Counted from the whole stretch's first letter, positions 26,243 through 39,949 are shown. The stretch: 61,471 nucleotides of DNA, filler included, from Diploschistes diacapsis (GCA_023645945.1; 4 parts of 4 records of this genome joined end to end with filler, not necessarily neighbours in it); one strand, 5' to 3'. Notes: a model not told the origin generated them from the sequence alone. A program made the numbers and translations.

Positions 26243-29200
26243 ATGGTTTTTGCTTCGAGTCAGCGGAGGGATGTACAGGAGGAGGGCCATGGTCATTCAA
26301 GAGACGGCCCTGATAACTGGCTATCTGGGTCGTCAGACCGGTTAAGCTCAAAACCACTCCTTCTTCATCGATCTTCGAGTGACAGAGGAAGAGGAAAGAA
26401 TGGATATGCACGAGGGTCTACATCTTCTCGCACGCGTGGCTCAGGCGACGGTAAAGACCGAATGGACGCTCAATCGATTCCAAGGTCTGGGCCGATGCCA
26501 CGGACTGTGGGTGGATCATCAAAGCTTGGTACATTCTCAGGCGTGTTTGTGCCAACTACGTTGAACGTACTTAGCATTCTCATGTTCTTGCGCTTCGGTA
26601 TGATTTTGGGACAGAGTGGTCTCATCGGAATGATGGGCATGCTGATCGCTTCATACGTGATCAATCTCGCTACTACGCTGTCTGTCTCGGCTATAGCTTC
26701 TAACGGTACTGTTCGCGGCGGTGGTACCTATTATCTCATATCACGCTCCCTAGGTCCCGAGTTTGGAGGGTCGATTGGCATTGTCTTTTATCTCGGTATA
26801 TCTTTTCCATCTCGAGTTTCGAGTTGACACGATCTGACAAAAATCCGAAGGTTTGGTTTTCAATACTGGAATGAATGCTGTGGGCTTAGTCGATTGCCTC
26901 AAGCAGAATTTTGGCTCTTCGGATGGCAACTGGGCTCGCTTCCTGCAAGAAGGTCGTTGGTGGGAGTATATGTGGGCAACAGTGGTCTTGAGCATTTGCA
27001 CATTAGTTTGCTTGGCTGGGAGTGCAATATTTGCTAAAGCTAGCAATGCCCTTCTTGCTCTACTTCTCATATCAACCTTTAGTATTCCATTCTCGACTTT
27101 CATTATGTACCCTTTCCGCGAACCTAACCTCGGAATCCATTATACGGGTTATCGTGTGAAGACATTCTTGGATAATCTGTTCCCAGCATTCACCAAGCAT
27201 GCAGACGGCAGCCATCTTCCTGGTAAGGAAAACTTTCAAGACCTCTTCGGAGTTCTCTTCCCCGCTACTGGTGGCATTTTTGCCGGAGCGAGTATGTCTG
27301 GAGACCTCAAGGATCCTAGCAAAGCCATACCCAAGGGTACACTGGCCGGCCTCGCTTTGACCTTTGGGACTTATACAATTGTAATACTGTGCATGGCTGC
27401 GACCGTCACTCGAGAGTCCTTCTACAATAACGTCAACATCATTCAGGACACGAACATCTCAGGAGCACTCATCCTCGTCGGCGAACTTGCATCAACATTT
27501 TTCTCCTCCTTAATGGGTGTTGTTGGCTCTGCGAAACTACTGCAAGCTATAGCGCGCGATCACATCATTCCAGGGCTCTCTCCCTTCGGTCACGGGACTG
27601 TCCGCGGCGACGAACCTATCTATGCCATCTTCATTACTCATGTTCTCGCTCAAGTCACAATGCTCTTCGATATCAATCAGATAGCTTCATTCGTCACTAT
27701 GGCTTATCTAATGACTTTTCTAGTCACAAACCTCGCTTGTTTTCTGCTAAAGATAAGTTCTGCACCCAATTTCCGTCCATCCTTTCGCTACTTCAATTGG
27801 CAGATTGCGGCCTTCGGAACTCTGATCAGTGGAGCAAGCATGTTCTTCGTGGATGGTTTTTATGCAACCGGTTGTGTTAGCCTTCTGATCGCTATATTCC
27901 TTATCATACATTACACAACACCTCCGAAAGCATGGGGCGACGTGAGTCAAAGCCTCATCTACCATCAGGTGCGGAAGTATCTTCTAAGACTCCGTCAAGA
28001 ACATGTCAAGTTCTGGCGCCCTCAAATCCTACTATTAATCAATGACCCTCGACGACAGTACAAATTGATTCAATTCTGCAATGCGTTGAAGAAAGGAGCC
28101 TTGTTCGTATTAGGTCATGTTATCGTATCTGATGATTTTGGCGATTCGGTTCCTGAAGCTCGCAAGCAGCAAACCGCATGGATGAAATACATTGACTTTT
28201 CGAAGGTGAAGGCCTTCATCGACATTGCTATTGCACCAACTTTGGAGTGGGGTGCCAGGAATTTGCTGATGAATGCTGGTCTTGGGGGCATGCGTCCGAA
28301 TATCGTGGTTATGGGAATGTACAATCTGGACCTTTTTCGAGCTGCACAACCGCTCATTGACATGTCTGGTGTTACTGAAAGGGGCCCCGAATTGCCTCGG
28401 CGGGAGAGCGACACAGAGAGAATACGAACGACGCTGCCAACGGATACAAACAGGCAAGAAAGAGATATCACTCCAGCAGCATATGTCACGATACTTGAGG
28501 ACCTGTTACTTAGGCTCAGAATCAACGTTGCAATAGCGAAAGGATTCAAAGGGCTAGAGTTACCTAAGCAGAAGAAAGGTAATGGCAAGAAATACATTGA
28601 TCTATGGCCGATTCAAATGTCAGCACAACTTGCAACGGAAGAGAGTCCGGAAAAGCAGAACATATTGACCACAAACTTCGATACTTACACTCTCATCCTG
28701 CAACTTGGGTGTATTCTCAACACTGTACCGAAGTGGAAGAAGACGTACAAACTGCGAGTCGCAGTTTTTGTTGAGTACGAGTCTGACGTCGAGGAAGAAA
28801 GGACAAGGCTCAAAGCACTACTCGCGAAGCTTAGAATTGCAGCTGAAATCCTTGTCCTCTGGCTGGCTTCAGGAAACCTTCAAACTTACCAGATAGTCGT
28901 CAATGGCAGTGATGAATCGACTGATACGGAGACAACGGAGCAGGTTGACGAGGTATTAAAGGATGAAGAATGGTGGGAAGAGATCCAAAATCTTCGCGGG
29001 AAACGCAGTGAGCCTATTGTAAGCGAGCAACTTTCTTCGCTAGAGGAAGAAGTCCCAGGCGTACCATTATCCGCAGGTCTTCGAAAACGTAGATTGAAGC
29101 TTGGCAGCTATCACAATATCCAGAATCTAGTGAGGAGTCTCAGCAGACGAAGATCTACAAGCAACGTTACACTAGCTCCCAGGTTAACCATGACGACTCA

Positions 29201-30029
29201 ACGTTTGGACAAAGAGGTCGTCAACAGCCATGGCTTGTACACTAGCGCAAGCGAAAGCTCAAATAGCGACGATGAACCCGATTTGGAGATTATAGACTCG
29301 GATAGTGAGCCGGTCACTCTCGAAACAAGAAGGCCAAGCATAGAAGAGAATTTTCGAGGTAGGGTTGCTGAGAGGCTGTGGCGTAGTAGGCGGCGAAGCG
29401 ATGAAGAAGTACCAAGGCCTCGACCGGATATGCTTGCCACCAAGGCCCCCGAGAGGGAAGACCAGGATGAACAGCGTCTCTTGACACCTTCAGAACCAGC
29501 AAAAACACCAAGGACCCCGGGAATGCCGACGACCCCGAGCGATGCGCCCCTCAAGACTCCTCTATCGATGCACTCAGCACGATCTGTAGGAAGTCGACCA
29601 CGACCATCTCGACGCTCGTCCGCAGCAAAGTTCTCGTCCCACCCTGTGCCAGAGACGACGGTAGCAACAGAAGACGGACCAGGTCCTTCAATCATGTTCA
29701 CCGAGCCTGAACGACGCTCGCCGCTAAAGCAGTCCATCTACGACCGCGCCACTCCGTCGACAACTGGCTTCCCAAGCCCGCAGAGCATCCCGCTAAGCTT
29801 CAACGACCTGCCTGCAAGAGCGCAGCATCTGATACTCAATGAGCTTATCCGGCGGCACTGCTCAGATACAGCGGTCATTCTTACGACGTTACCGAGTCCA
29901 GATGAAGGGACTTGTAAATCTGAGGAGGACAGTCTGGGGTATCTGAGCGATCTGGAGGTCCTGTGTAAAGATCTTCCTCCGACTTTGCTGGTGCAAAGTA
30001 ACACATTGTCGGTCACTGTTGCACTTTGA
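26243..30029 (+). CDS. VHC1: Cation-chloride cotransporter (SLC12, Vhc1-like)
   Basis: KLGTFSGVFVPTTLNVLSILMFLRFG, YYLISRSLGPEFGGSIG, FPATGGIFAGASMSGDL, KFWRPQIL; one intron ~26797-26850. Confidence 0.93.
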
Positions 30030-30302
30030 AGGATTACAGAAAGCATCAGAGACACATTGTTGCTGGAAGCAAGTTCCTGACGATTGGCTTAGATTTTTTA
30101 CATAGCGTTCACGGATAGTAAGGAGGTTTGCATGGCATCATGGGTTTTCGCAATACCCCCAAATTCATAGCATGATCACGGAAATGTTTATCATTTATCT
30201 TGAAGAGTTCCGCAGTATATGTAATCGGGTTATCCAAGGTATGAGAACAAATTTGCTCCTCCAATGCTTCCGTGATCCACAGCATCGACACATGGCGAAG
30301 AT

Positions 30303-30711
30303 CTACAGCTTCGAAGCGCCGTCTCTCACGAATTCCACCCTGTTCGTGCAGGTCCCCACGCCCTCCAAGCTCACCTCGACAACATCCCCGTCCTTCAGCC
30401 ATGGCGGCGGCGACCTCCCGCTCGCAACACCAGCCGGCCTAAACGAGACCACATCAGCCCACATCTCAAGCAACTCCCCCTTCGCTTCCCCAAATTTTTT
30501 TTTCCCCACAACCAAAGGAAGGGAAAGAGAAAAGAAGAAACTCACGTCCCAGTAAAGATCAAATCCCCGGGCATCAGCGTAACGCCCCGACTCAAAAACT
30601 GCACCGTCTCCACCACCCCGAAAACCATATCCGCCGTGCCGCCCCTCTGCATCACCTCCCCGTTCACCCGCGTGCTGATCTCCAGCCCCTTTCCCTCTCC
30701 CTCCTCCTTCT
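30303..30711 (-). CDS. Fumarylacetoacetate-hydrolase-family protein, 3' fragment ending in SKL
   Basis: ISTRVNGEVMQRGGTADMVF...TLMPGDLIFTGT/PAGVASGRSPPPWLKDGDVVEV...ASKL*; cut by contig end. Confidence 0.88.
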
Positions 30712-30811
30712 NNNNNNNNNNNNNNNNNNNNNNNNNNNNNNNNNNNNNNNNNNNNTTAATTAATTAANNNNNNNNNNNNNNNNNNNNNNNNNNNNNNNNN
30801 NNNNNNNNNNN
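30712..30811. other. Artificial contig spacer
   Basis: N44-TTAATTAATTAA-N44. Confidence 0.98.
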
Positions 30812-31365
30812 GACGCGCATTGTGGACTGGGGGGTTGGGAGTGCGAGTCTGGAGGCTCAAGAGGATTTTGGTCTTTTTGAGGTGGTGTGATCGGCTCGAG
30901 ATGTTGTAGTACAAGTATCAAGTGCATTCAATGTACTATGGTACCTTGCACATGAGGGGAGGATTCAGTAATGTAACAGACTACTTCAACGAGGGATAGT
31001 TGAGCTTCTTGAATTCTCTTCCAGGCGAGAGAATGATCTGCTTTTTCTAGGAAGTTTTCACATGAGGTAATTTTGGACGTTTATCCTTTAAAGAAGAAGG
31101 CGCCTTCTCAACCACCTCATCATCACCGAGCTCTTGACATGCGCCGCCACATTAGTGGCTGAAGCTTTCTGCAACGCCACACTGACGCAAATCCTCGGCC
31201 AACGGCATTTCGAAACTGTAGCCTGCGAGCCAGCATCCGCATCTCCATTCATATCCACAACCAGACCCATCAAGCCATGTCACAGCCGCCTCTACATTAA
31301 GAACAACGCACCTCCAACTTCAATCCCACCATTTCTCCCTCCATCCACTCTCTTCCGCAGCCACG

Positions 31366-32500
31366 ATGAACCCACACATAGCAACCCCCCGCCAGCACGG
31401 CGCCTCTAACTTCGGCGGCACATCCTCTGGCAGCGGCGGTCGACAAGACGGGCTGCGCATGCCGCGCTTCTTCAAGCGTCTGTTCAAGTTCCCACAGATG
31501 GACTTCGAGATGGCGATATGGGAGATGTGGAGCCTGCTGATTGCGCCGAAGAAGGTGTTTCGCAGCGTTTACTACCACAAGCGTATGCGGCCCCCTCCCT
31601 TCCGACTCCCCTCGTGCGTCCCGCCCGCTTAAGCTGCTCCAGCTTGGCGTGGCGTGGCATGACGCGGTAGCTCGAGGCTGGAGACATCGGCTAACACGGA
31701 CTTGTGGTGTAGAGACAAAGAATACCTGGCACCGGCCCGACCCGTCCTTCACATACCTCCTCTCCTTCTTCATGGCGCTCACGGGGCTCGCGTGGGGCGT
31801 CGCGTACGCGCATTCGGCGGCCGGCACGCTGCGGCTGACGCTAATCTACGTGTTTGTGCACTTCCTGGCTGTGTCGCTGCTCGTGGCGACGACGGCGTAC
31901 TTCTTCGTCGGCAGGTTGCTGGGCCCCGGCATCGCGGGGTTGCCGGGCAGGAGGAGGCAGCAGGGCTTGTTTATTAGTCCGCAGGACAGGGATAGTTTGG
32001 AGTTTGGGTATTGCTTTGATGTGAGTTGGATGCCGGCTTTCGTGGGGGCGTGAGGACGATGAGAGAGCTTGTTGCGCTGATGTGATTTGGTGCAGGTTTC
32101 GATACGGGCGTTCTTTCCGGTCTGGGTGCTGCTGTATGTGGTACAGTTTGTTATGCTGCCGCTGATATCGACGGATTACTGGTGAGTGAAACCGAATATT
32201 ACGATGCGCGCTTAGGGGGCTAACAATGGTAGGATATTCTATTTTCTAGGCAACACTTTGTATTTAGTGGCTTTTGGCTACTACATAATCATATCATTCC
32301 TGGGGTACAATGGTAAGCTTCGTTGGCCTAATGCTTGAAAATCTACCTAATAGTGTCCAGCTCTTCCTTTCCTGCATCATACCGAGTTTCTTCTCTCGCC
32401 ACTAGTGGCTTTCACTATTTTCTGGTTTGTGAGTCTGTTCGGTTTCAATATCCCGAACCTCGTTGCTCCGGTCCTGATCTTCGGCATTGGCTCAACGTGA
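31366..32500 (+). CDS. GMH1: UNC-50/Gmh1 Golgi membrane protein, 5 exons
   Basis: FKFPQMDFEMAIWEM, APKKVFRSVYYHK/QTKNTWHRPDPSF, LEFGYCFD, FLGYN/ALPFLHHTE. Confidence 0.92.
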
Positions 32501-32668
32501 CAAGAGCGGTACAGTTATCGGGGTATTCTATTAGCAAGGCGTTCAGTGTTGGCTTCGTATACCCTTAGGCAACCGAACTATAAAAGCTTTCTACAGCGTG
32601 ATAGCCCGCTCATGAGCACTCTCCGTGTCCTCAATGTCTTCATATGTCCATGTTTCAACATCGAGCCA

Positions 32669-33760
32669 TCACTCCTTGGGCGGCAGCATAACAACGTACT
32701 CCCTCGTACTCTCGCCAAACCCCAGCACGTCCCCGCTCTTGACCTCCCAAAACCTCCTATCCGGAATCCTCTCCCCGTTGACCCTCGTCCCATTCGCGCT
32801 CTCCAAATCGATCACATACGGCCTCACGCCACCCATCCTATCCCCAAATTCGCTTTTCTTTTCCACGTACCGGAACTGCAGCACGGCATGCTGCTTGCTG
32901 CAGCTCGGATGCTCGGTCGGAAAGTCCACCACCGCTCTTTCCCGCCCAAACAGCCAGCACGATCGCGCATGCAGTTCCGTCGTGGACAGCGGGTCTGGGC
33001 TGGCGCCTTTGAACTCGTACATGCGCCAAGGGTGCGTGGCGGACGGCTTGCGCGCCTCGGGCGGCTCGTTGTATTTGAGGATTATATTCGTGCCGGCTAC
33101 GGTGTTTGTTTCGGCGGCGAGCTTGCCTGATGCGTTGTAGTTTGGTTTCTGCTTCTCGGTGGGGTGGGCGACGGCGTTGGCGGGGGAGGCGGCGGATTTG
33201 GAGGTGAATGCGTCCTGTTGGGAAGGTAGAGGGGCTTTGGCACGCCGCGATACTGGGGGCGGGGAGCGGGAAGCGGAGGGTGAGCGGCGGTAGTGCCGGT
33301 GACGCCGGTGTCGTCTGGGGGAGCGGGATCTCGGCGATGATTTATGGGAGCGGTGATGGTGCGCGCCGTGGGGCGAGTGGCGTCTTCGAAGTCGTCGGTC
33401 GTCGGTTTCTGGACCGGGAGAGCGCTGCTGTAGAGACTGCCGCCTGTCTTCCTTGCCGTGGTCCATGTCTTGATTGAATGGTCTTTCACGATCACGGCCG
33501 CTAAAATATCGCCTCTTCCTAACGGCGTTATCCTCGTCCATCTCGGTATTTTTGGGGCTAAGACTCCTCCGCTTCCTTCGTGGGCCGTGTTTGTTATCGG
33601 CACTGCGGCTTCTGCTTCTTTCGTACACATCTGTGCTTCTTCTATGTCTGCTCATGTCGTGGCTGCCTCGAGGCCTTGTAGAGCGACCAACCCCTTCGTC
33701 TGTACTGTGTTCCCATTCTTCTCGACGACGCCGCCTTTCGTACGTTTCAGCGTCAGGCAT
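32669..33760 (-). CDS. PML1: FHA-domain RES-complex subunit (SNIP1/Pml1-like), intronless
   Basis: RS-rich N-terminus; LKYNEPPEARKP, FGRE, HPSCSKQHAVLQFR, IDLESANGT, FGESTREY. Confidence 0.9.
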   Translation of the reverse strand: MPDAETYERRRRREEWEHSTDEGVGRSTRPRGSHDMSRHRRSTDVYERSRSRSADNKHGPRRKRRSLSPKNTEMDEDNAVRKRRYFSGRDRERPFNQDMDHGKEDRRQSLQQRSPGPETDDRRLRRRHSPHGAHHHRSHKSSPRSRSPRRHRRHRHYRRSPSASRSPPPVSRRAKAPLPSQQDAFTSKSAASPANAVAHPTEKQKPNYNASGKLAAETNTVAGTNIILKYNEPPEARKPSATHPWRMYEFKGASPDPLSTTELHARSCWLFGRERAVVDFPTEHPSCSKQHAVLQFRYVEKKSEFGDRMGGVRPYVIDLESANGTRVNGERIPDRRFWEVKSGDVLGFGESTREYVVMLPPKE

Positions 33761-34207
33761 AATGCGTGCGCGAGGAAAGTTACAGAGAGCCTGGAAAAGG
33801 CCGCTTGGCAATCACGGCCACGGTCATCGAGTCACAGAACGTGTAAACGACTTGAAAAGAAGCTGCGCTAAGGGCAGGATGGCTTGGCACTAGCGTCCCA
33901 AATGTACGAATAATAGGAGCAACCGTAACTACTGCAACCCCTTTTGGCTTCATCTTTTTTTCCTATTCCGTCAATAGTCGGATATACAGTTACTGCAGTG
34001 AGACACCTTGAGATATGGGTGCCTTCGGAGTCGGGTTAGCTTTTTTTCATTGCGGCGAAGGTGAATGCAAACGTACCGAACTACTTCAGACTCGGATATA
34101 CCTATAAACCTAGAAAAACCCAAAAACATTTAGTAGCAATCAGCTCTCAATTTCTACAAATAACCTCCATCAAGTACAAAGAGTTTGCTTCACAACCACA
34201 AACCAAA

Positions 34208-35289
34208 ATGGCCTCCAACAAAGCTGCCATCATGGCCCAAGCGAAGGCCCAACTCCACATCGAAGACCGTCCCATCCCCAAACCCGGGCCCGGCGAGCTA
34301 CTTGTCCGCAACCATGCTGTCGCCATCAACCCGGTTGAATGGATGATCCAAGTAAGCTTCGCGGACCGCCCCACCAAGCCCCACTAACATATTCCCAGTC
34401 CTTTGACTTCATTGTCAACAAATGGCCCATGGTCATCGGTACCGACGCCTGCGGTACCGTCGAGTCCGTCGGTCCCTCCGTGACCGCCTTCCGCGCCGGC
34501 GACCGCGTCTGCGGCTTCGGGCTGAGCATGGTCAGCAACAACATCGACGAAGGCGCCTTACAGACCTACACCATCCTGCGCTCGCGGGCGACCGCCAAGA
34601 TTCCGCAGAACATGAGCTTCGAGGAGGGCGCCACGCTACCCATGGGCGTCGCCACGGCTTCTTCGGGCATGTACAGCGCCGGCATGACGCTGCCCACCGA
34701 GGGGAAATCGTACGAGGGCCAGGCCATCGTAGTCTGGGGTGCGGCGAGCTCGGTCGGGTGCATGGCGGTGCAGATAGCGCGGGAAATGGGCTTCACCGTT
34801 TTCGGGACCGCGAGCGCGCACCAGCATGAATGTGTCAAGTCGCTCGGAGCCACGGCGGTGGTGGATTACAAGGATCCGGAAGTCGTGAAGAAGATCGTCG
34901 ACGCCGCGACGAAGGAGGGCATGCCGATTACGCACGGCTATGACGCCGTCTGCGTGGGCGACAGCCCGATCCACGTCTCGGAGATTATCCACCAGAGTAA
35001 CGGCGGTAAGGGTGGGAAGTTGGTGCACACCGGCCCGCTGCCCCAGGGGAAAAAGTTGGCGGAGGGGGTGGAGGTGACGCAGGCCCTGGCGTTTAAGATC
35101 TTCACTGACCATGAGGAGGTGGGGAGGGCGATGTTTACTGAGTATTTAACCAAGGCGCTGGAGAGTGGGGTGATCAAGCCGGCGCCCAAGGTGGAGATTG
35201 TGGAGGGTGGGTTGGAGGCGACACAGAAGGCGTGGGATCAGTTGAAGAAGGGGGTTAGTGGAAGGAAGTTGGTTATCAAGGTCGAGTAG
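34208..35289 (+). CDS. MDR-family enoyl-reductase-like oxidoreductase (CipB-like)
   Basis: AVAINPVEW, GTDACGTV, GDRV, VWGAASSVG, GVSGRKLV; one intron ~34352-34398. Confidence 0.88.
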
Positions 35290-35670
35290 GTGCTGCTTTC
35301 GGAGGATGCAAGGCTGCTACTGGTCTGCACATTATGCATGTCTTCACAGTCAAAGATGAATATATGGAGGGATGGTAACAGGGCAACATGTCGAGATTGA
35401 TAATATATTTGAATCGTTCCAAGCCGCTAGATTTTCAGATTGTCCCACTTTGTCCTTACAGCCCAACAGGTCGTCTTCCCTGTACAGATTTTGATCCTGG
35501 GCAGCCTTTGAACATGCAAAATTTCGTAAAAGCGATAATGCATACCTAGAAGCACAAAGAATCCGCGTTTTCAAACCCCAACAACATCACCGCCATAAGC
35601 AGCAGCAAGGCTCAAGGTGTATTGTCTTGAATGAATCATTGCCATAATCCGAATATTACCATTTCTGCCA

Positions 35671-36904
35671 TTATTTTGGCGCATTAAGAAGAGTTCTCGA
35701 AAACGCAACACTGCCGCCAAATCCATCCTTGCCCTTCAATCTCTCCTTGGCCTTGATGCCCGTTCGATCTGTGACCGGCGTAGCATCAATAATGTTATCG
35801 AACGCCGAATTGTCCTCTTGACCGGACACGTCCGACTCAGCATCCGAGTCGACGAGTGGCTGCGCAGGAGCCACTATCCTTTCTGGCTGCGGCTTGTCGT
35901 CTGCTGTCGTAGGATTCGAGAAAGGCTTCGAGGCAAGGACTTTGCGGCGTAACTCTGCCATTTCTTCTTCATCGTCTTCCTCCTCAGAGAGAGCGAGCGA
36001 GTCTCTATTCAAGTTAACGCCGCCTTCGACATCTTCTGCCCCATCTTCGTCCCCGCTACCCTCGTTTTCTTCTTCGTCATCTGAGTCTAGCAGTGGCCTA
36101 TGATTCACATTCCCCTGCTTCCACATTTCCTCCTTGCTGTCGACATCTCCACCTTCTCTCTTCCCCGCATACTCCCTTTCCAATTTCGCCAACCACGTCT
36201 CTTCCGCTTGCTGCACTTCTCCCTCGTTCGAGCAGGCGGCATAGCGCTTCAGCAGCTGCGCATTGATCTCCAAGAAAGGCTCTCCATAAGAGAAATGCTT
36301 CAACACTTCATGCGCCCAACCCTCGTGACCACAGATAAAGAAAGCGGCGGCAAGCGCTTCAACGCAGTTTAACCGCCAGGGGCGACCATAGTTAACCGAG
36401 TTGGCCGCAACAAGGTAAGGTACTACGGTCATCAGCCTCTATTCATTAAGCACAAACTAAACCAGCATCCGTACGCAGCCTTTCGCACTGACCCCCTATC
36501 CTCGACCACGGCACCTCTTTGATCCTCACCCACGAGCACTCGACCACCGCCGCTCCAAACTGCTCCATAAGCTCCCGATCAGCCGGCGAGATGACATGCT
36601 TCGCATTCGGCCTGAGCCCCTTCGTAAGCGCCCAGCGTGTGTGGCAAGCGCAGCGACACACCTACGAGATGACAACGCCAGCGAACTTCTGCCCCACCGA
36701 AAGCTCCCGCATCATGCCGAAATGCATCAGCCTCTTCCCCGAGCATCGTTTCGCGTCGCAGTGGTTGAGATCCCAGCAGGCGGCCTTGAAGGGCGGGCGG
36801 TAATTGGCCTGCTCACCGTCGCCCTCATTCCGGGGCCGGTGGCGGGGCGCATTGCTGTGCTTTTTGCCGCGGGAGTAGAGGTTGTCTTTTTTGTGGCGGA
36901 CCAT
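35671..36904 (-). CDS. TSR3: 18S rRNA aminocarboxypropyltransferase Tsr3
   Basis: CWDLNHCDAKRCSGKRL, VVECSW, PYLVAANSVNYGRPWRLNCVEALAA, acidic tail; two introns. Confidence 0.95.
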
Positions 36905-37519
36905 GGCGACAAAATAGAAATGATAGAAAGTAAAAAGTGTGTAATACAAAGCTCGTCCGCTAGTGGAAGGAGGTTCTGGCTTTTATACCTTTGAAAGAGA
37001 GACGTCGTAAGATGAGCTTTTTGTATGTATGACCTCATTGGGAGAACACTTAACATTTAATAATGTACATAACTTATGCGAGCTGCACAAGTATTTGTGC
37101 AGAAGGAACATACTCCTCCGCATTTCCTTTTTACGAGAGCAAAGTTTTCCGCGCCTTTAGCCTCAACAATTCTCCTTCGTGATTGCTCGCAAGCCCTTCA
37201 TGAGAGTTTCGAACCTTCGTGCAGTGCACGTGAACGGTCATGAAAGCTTAAATGTGGTCAGGGTGGAGGGCGGAATGGCCCCTAGTGGTCTCTTGCACCC
37301 CCGGTCATGCTTGCAGTCAACTGGGGCCTTGCCCTTGGGCCAGCCTCGTTTCGTCACGGTATTCTACTTTCGGACCCACCAAAGCTCCAAGCAAGCTCAC
37401 ATTCTTCCGTGTTAAAGTAGATTTCGATATCCAGATGAACGCTGCATGAACATTTGCCATTCTTGCCTTGACTTGATTTGGCGCTGCATTATCTTTTCTG
37501 TTATTTTAATACTCTCACA

Positions 37520-39809
37520 ATGGAGGCCGCTTCGGCGCGGTACGCCACACGAGATAGGTTCGGAGCTTCTGGAGAGCCTGCGCAGACGCAGCTCCAGCGG
37601 TTTATACGTATGCTGGGACCTAGGGCTTATGGACGCCGGTTGACCTTGTATTCTAGAAAATGCCGTCGATCCTCAGAACTTCGAGCCTAACCTGGCGCTC
37701 GACCTCGAGATTGCGGACCTTATAAATTCCAAGAAAGGCAATGCGTATGGCCCCTGCTAGCCCGAGCCCGACAGCAATTGCTTAGAGACGACAGTCCTCG
37801 AGAAGCTGCCGTTGCGATTGTGAATTATATCAACCACCGAAATGCGAACGTCTCCTTGCTTGCCCTTACAGTGAGTAATGGGAGACTGCCTCGGCTACGC
37901 AGACAGCGGCTGAGGGGCTACAGTTACTCGATATATGCGTCAAGAACTGCGGATACCCTTTCCAGCTACAGATCTCAACCAAGGAGTTCCTAAACGAGCT
38001 CGTGCGGCGCTTTCCCGAGAGGCCTCCTATCCGCCCTAGCAGAGTACAATTGAGGATATTGGAGGCCATAGAAGAATGGCGGCAGACGATATGCCAGACA
38101 TCAAAATACAAGGAAGACTTGGGATTTATACGGGACATGCATCGCCTATTGAGCTACAAAGGCTACATGTTTCCGGAGATCAGAAAGGAGGATGCTGCTG
38201 TTCTGAACCCTAGCGACGTAAGCTGATCTCCCGCGCCATCTCAGCAACCCGCTGACCGCCCGCAGAATCTCAAGTCTCCCGAAGAGATGGAAGAGGAGGA
38301 GCGCACAGCACAATCCGCAAAGTTACAAGAACTTATTCGGCGAGGCGGTCCGGAAGATCTGCGGGAGGCAAACAAGTTAATGAAGATCATGGCCGGATAC
38401 GATAACCGAAATAAGACAGATTATCGAGCGAAAGCGGCAGAAGAGGTTTCGAGAGTCCAACAAAAAGCAAAGCTCCTAGAGGAGCGACTACAAAGCTTCA
38501 AGCCTGGGGATAAGATAACAGAAGGGGATGTTTTTGAGGTAGGATGTCGTTGAGGGAACGGAACAGGAGTACTGATTAAATATAGGAGTTAGCAAGTTCG
38601 CTGCAGAGCGCACACCCAAAAATCCAGAGAATGTGCGAGGAGGAATCAGACGATCAAGAGGCTGTGGCCAAACTCTTCGAAATCAATGACAGCATACACC
38701 GGACCATCGAACGCTACAAACTTATCAAAAACGGCGACGTTGAGGCCGCTCAGAAAATCCCGCAGGGTACGTTGGGCACCTCAACTGGTGTCGGGAAGAA
38801 CGCAAAGAACGAGCTGTCTTTGATCGACTTTGGTGGGGATGCCGAACCTACGCCTCCTCCTACAAGTAGTGCGGCACCCGTGCCATCGAAGCCGCAATCT
38901 GTTGAAGATGATTTGCTTGGGCTTTCGATGCAAGACTCCGGCTACGGGCAAGGTGGGGGGATAGCCCTCGGCTTTGGCGCAAATACAAATATCCCTGGTC
39001 CTGCACTCCTGTCGTCAACTACGCAGCAAAGCTCCGCAAAGGCGCAAACTCCTGGACCGCCGACACAGCAGCCTCAGCCAGGCCCGCCGAAGCCGAACTA
39101 CGATGCCTTTGCTGCCTTTTCCAAACCACAACCGTCATCTCAATCCGCAACCCCAGCCCCGTCAACACTACCCCAACCGCAACAGACACAGCAGCCAAGA
39201 AATCAACCTTCTTCAGATCCATTTGGCATACTGAGTAATCCGAGCCAGCCCGCGCCAAATCCACTATATAACCCCGCCTCCCAGAATAAGCCAGTCCAGC
39301 CGCCTGCCCAATACTCAGCGAGCTCGTCAGCATTAGTTGATGACGACTGGAATTTTAGCTCCGCCCTTCCCGAAGACGGCTTGCCCACCAATTCTCAAAT
39401 TACTGTCTCACAAAAGGAAGTTGCCATCGTCTTTGAGGTGTCGCGGCGAGTCGGCGACGAAACAGTCATCGACGTACTTGCCAAGTTCTCCAACCGGACA
39501 TCGGTCCCGATAACCGAGTATACTTTCCAAGTCGCGGTGACAAGGGTTCGTATCTTTCCCACCCACCCCGGTCATACGGTGGGGAAAAGTATATTGATTG
39601 GAAAGCAGGCATACAACCTCAAGCTCACACCCCAGTCCGGCAGGAGGCTCCAGCCACTGCAAAATAACGGCATAACACAGCCGATCGAGATCCACGGCGT
39701 TGCAAAGGGCCAAGCGGAGAGGGTAAAGATCAGGTGGAAAGCGTCCTACAAAGCGGCGGGTGACGTACGGCAGGACCAAGGCGAGGTTCCGCCGTTGGGA
39801 ATAGCTTGA
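37520..39809 (+). CDS. GGA2: GGA clathrin adaptor (VHS-GAT-GAE)
   Basis: VHS (CVKNCGYPFQLQISTKEFLNEL), GAT (AKLQELIRRGGPEDLREANKLMK), LIDF clathrin box, C-terminal GAE ear domain. Confidence 0.92.
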
Positions 39810-39949
39810 ATGACTAGCCTATGTTGCGTTTGCGCCAGAGTGGATTGAATGTCCCTATCTTTTCGAAACGTGATTTAGCCTAGCTCTCTGCCAGGTGTTT
39901 TACAAATATGCTATGACGTCCTCGAAACCTCCTCATGGATATCTACATC

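Noticed and set aside
30812..30830. ATG CGC GTC on the minus strand at the contig edge as a gene start
   Set aside because: Only three codons before the gap; cannot be supported.
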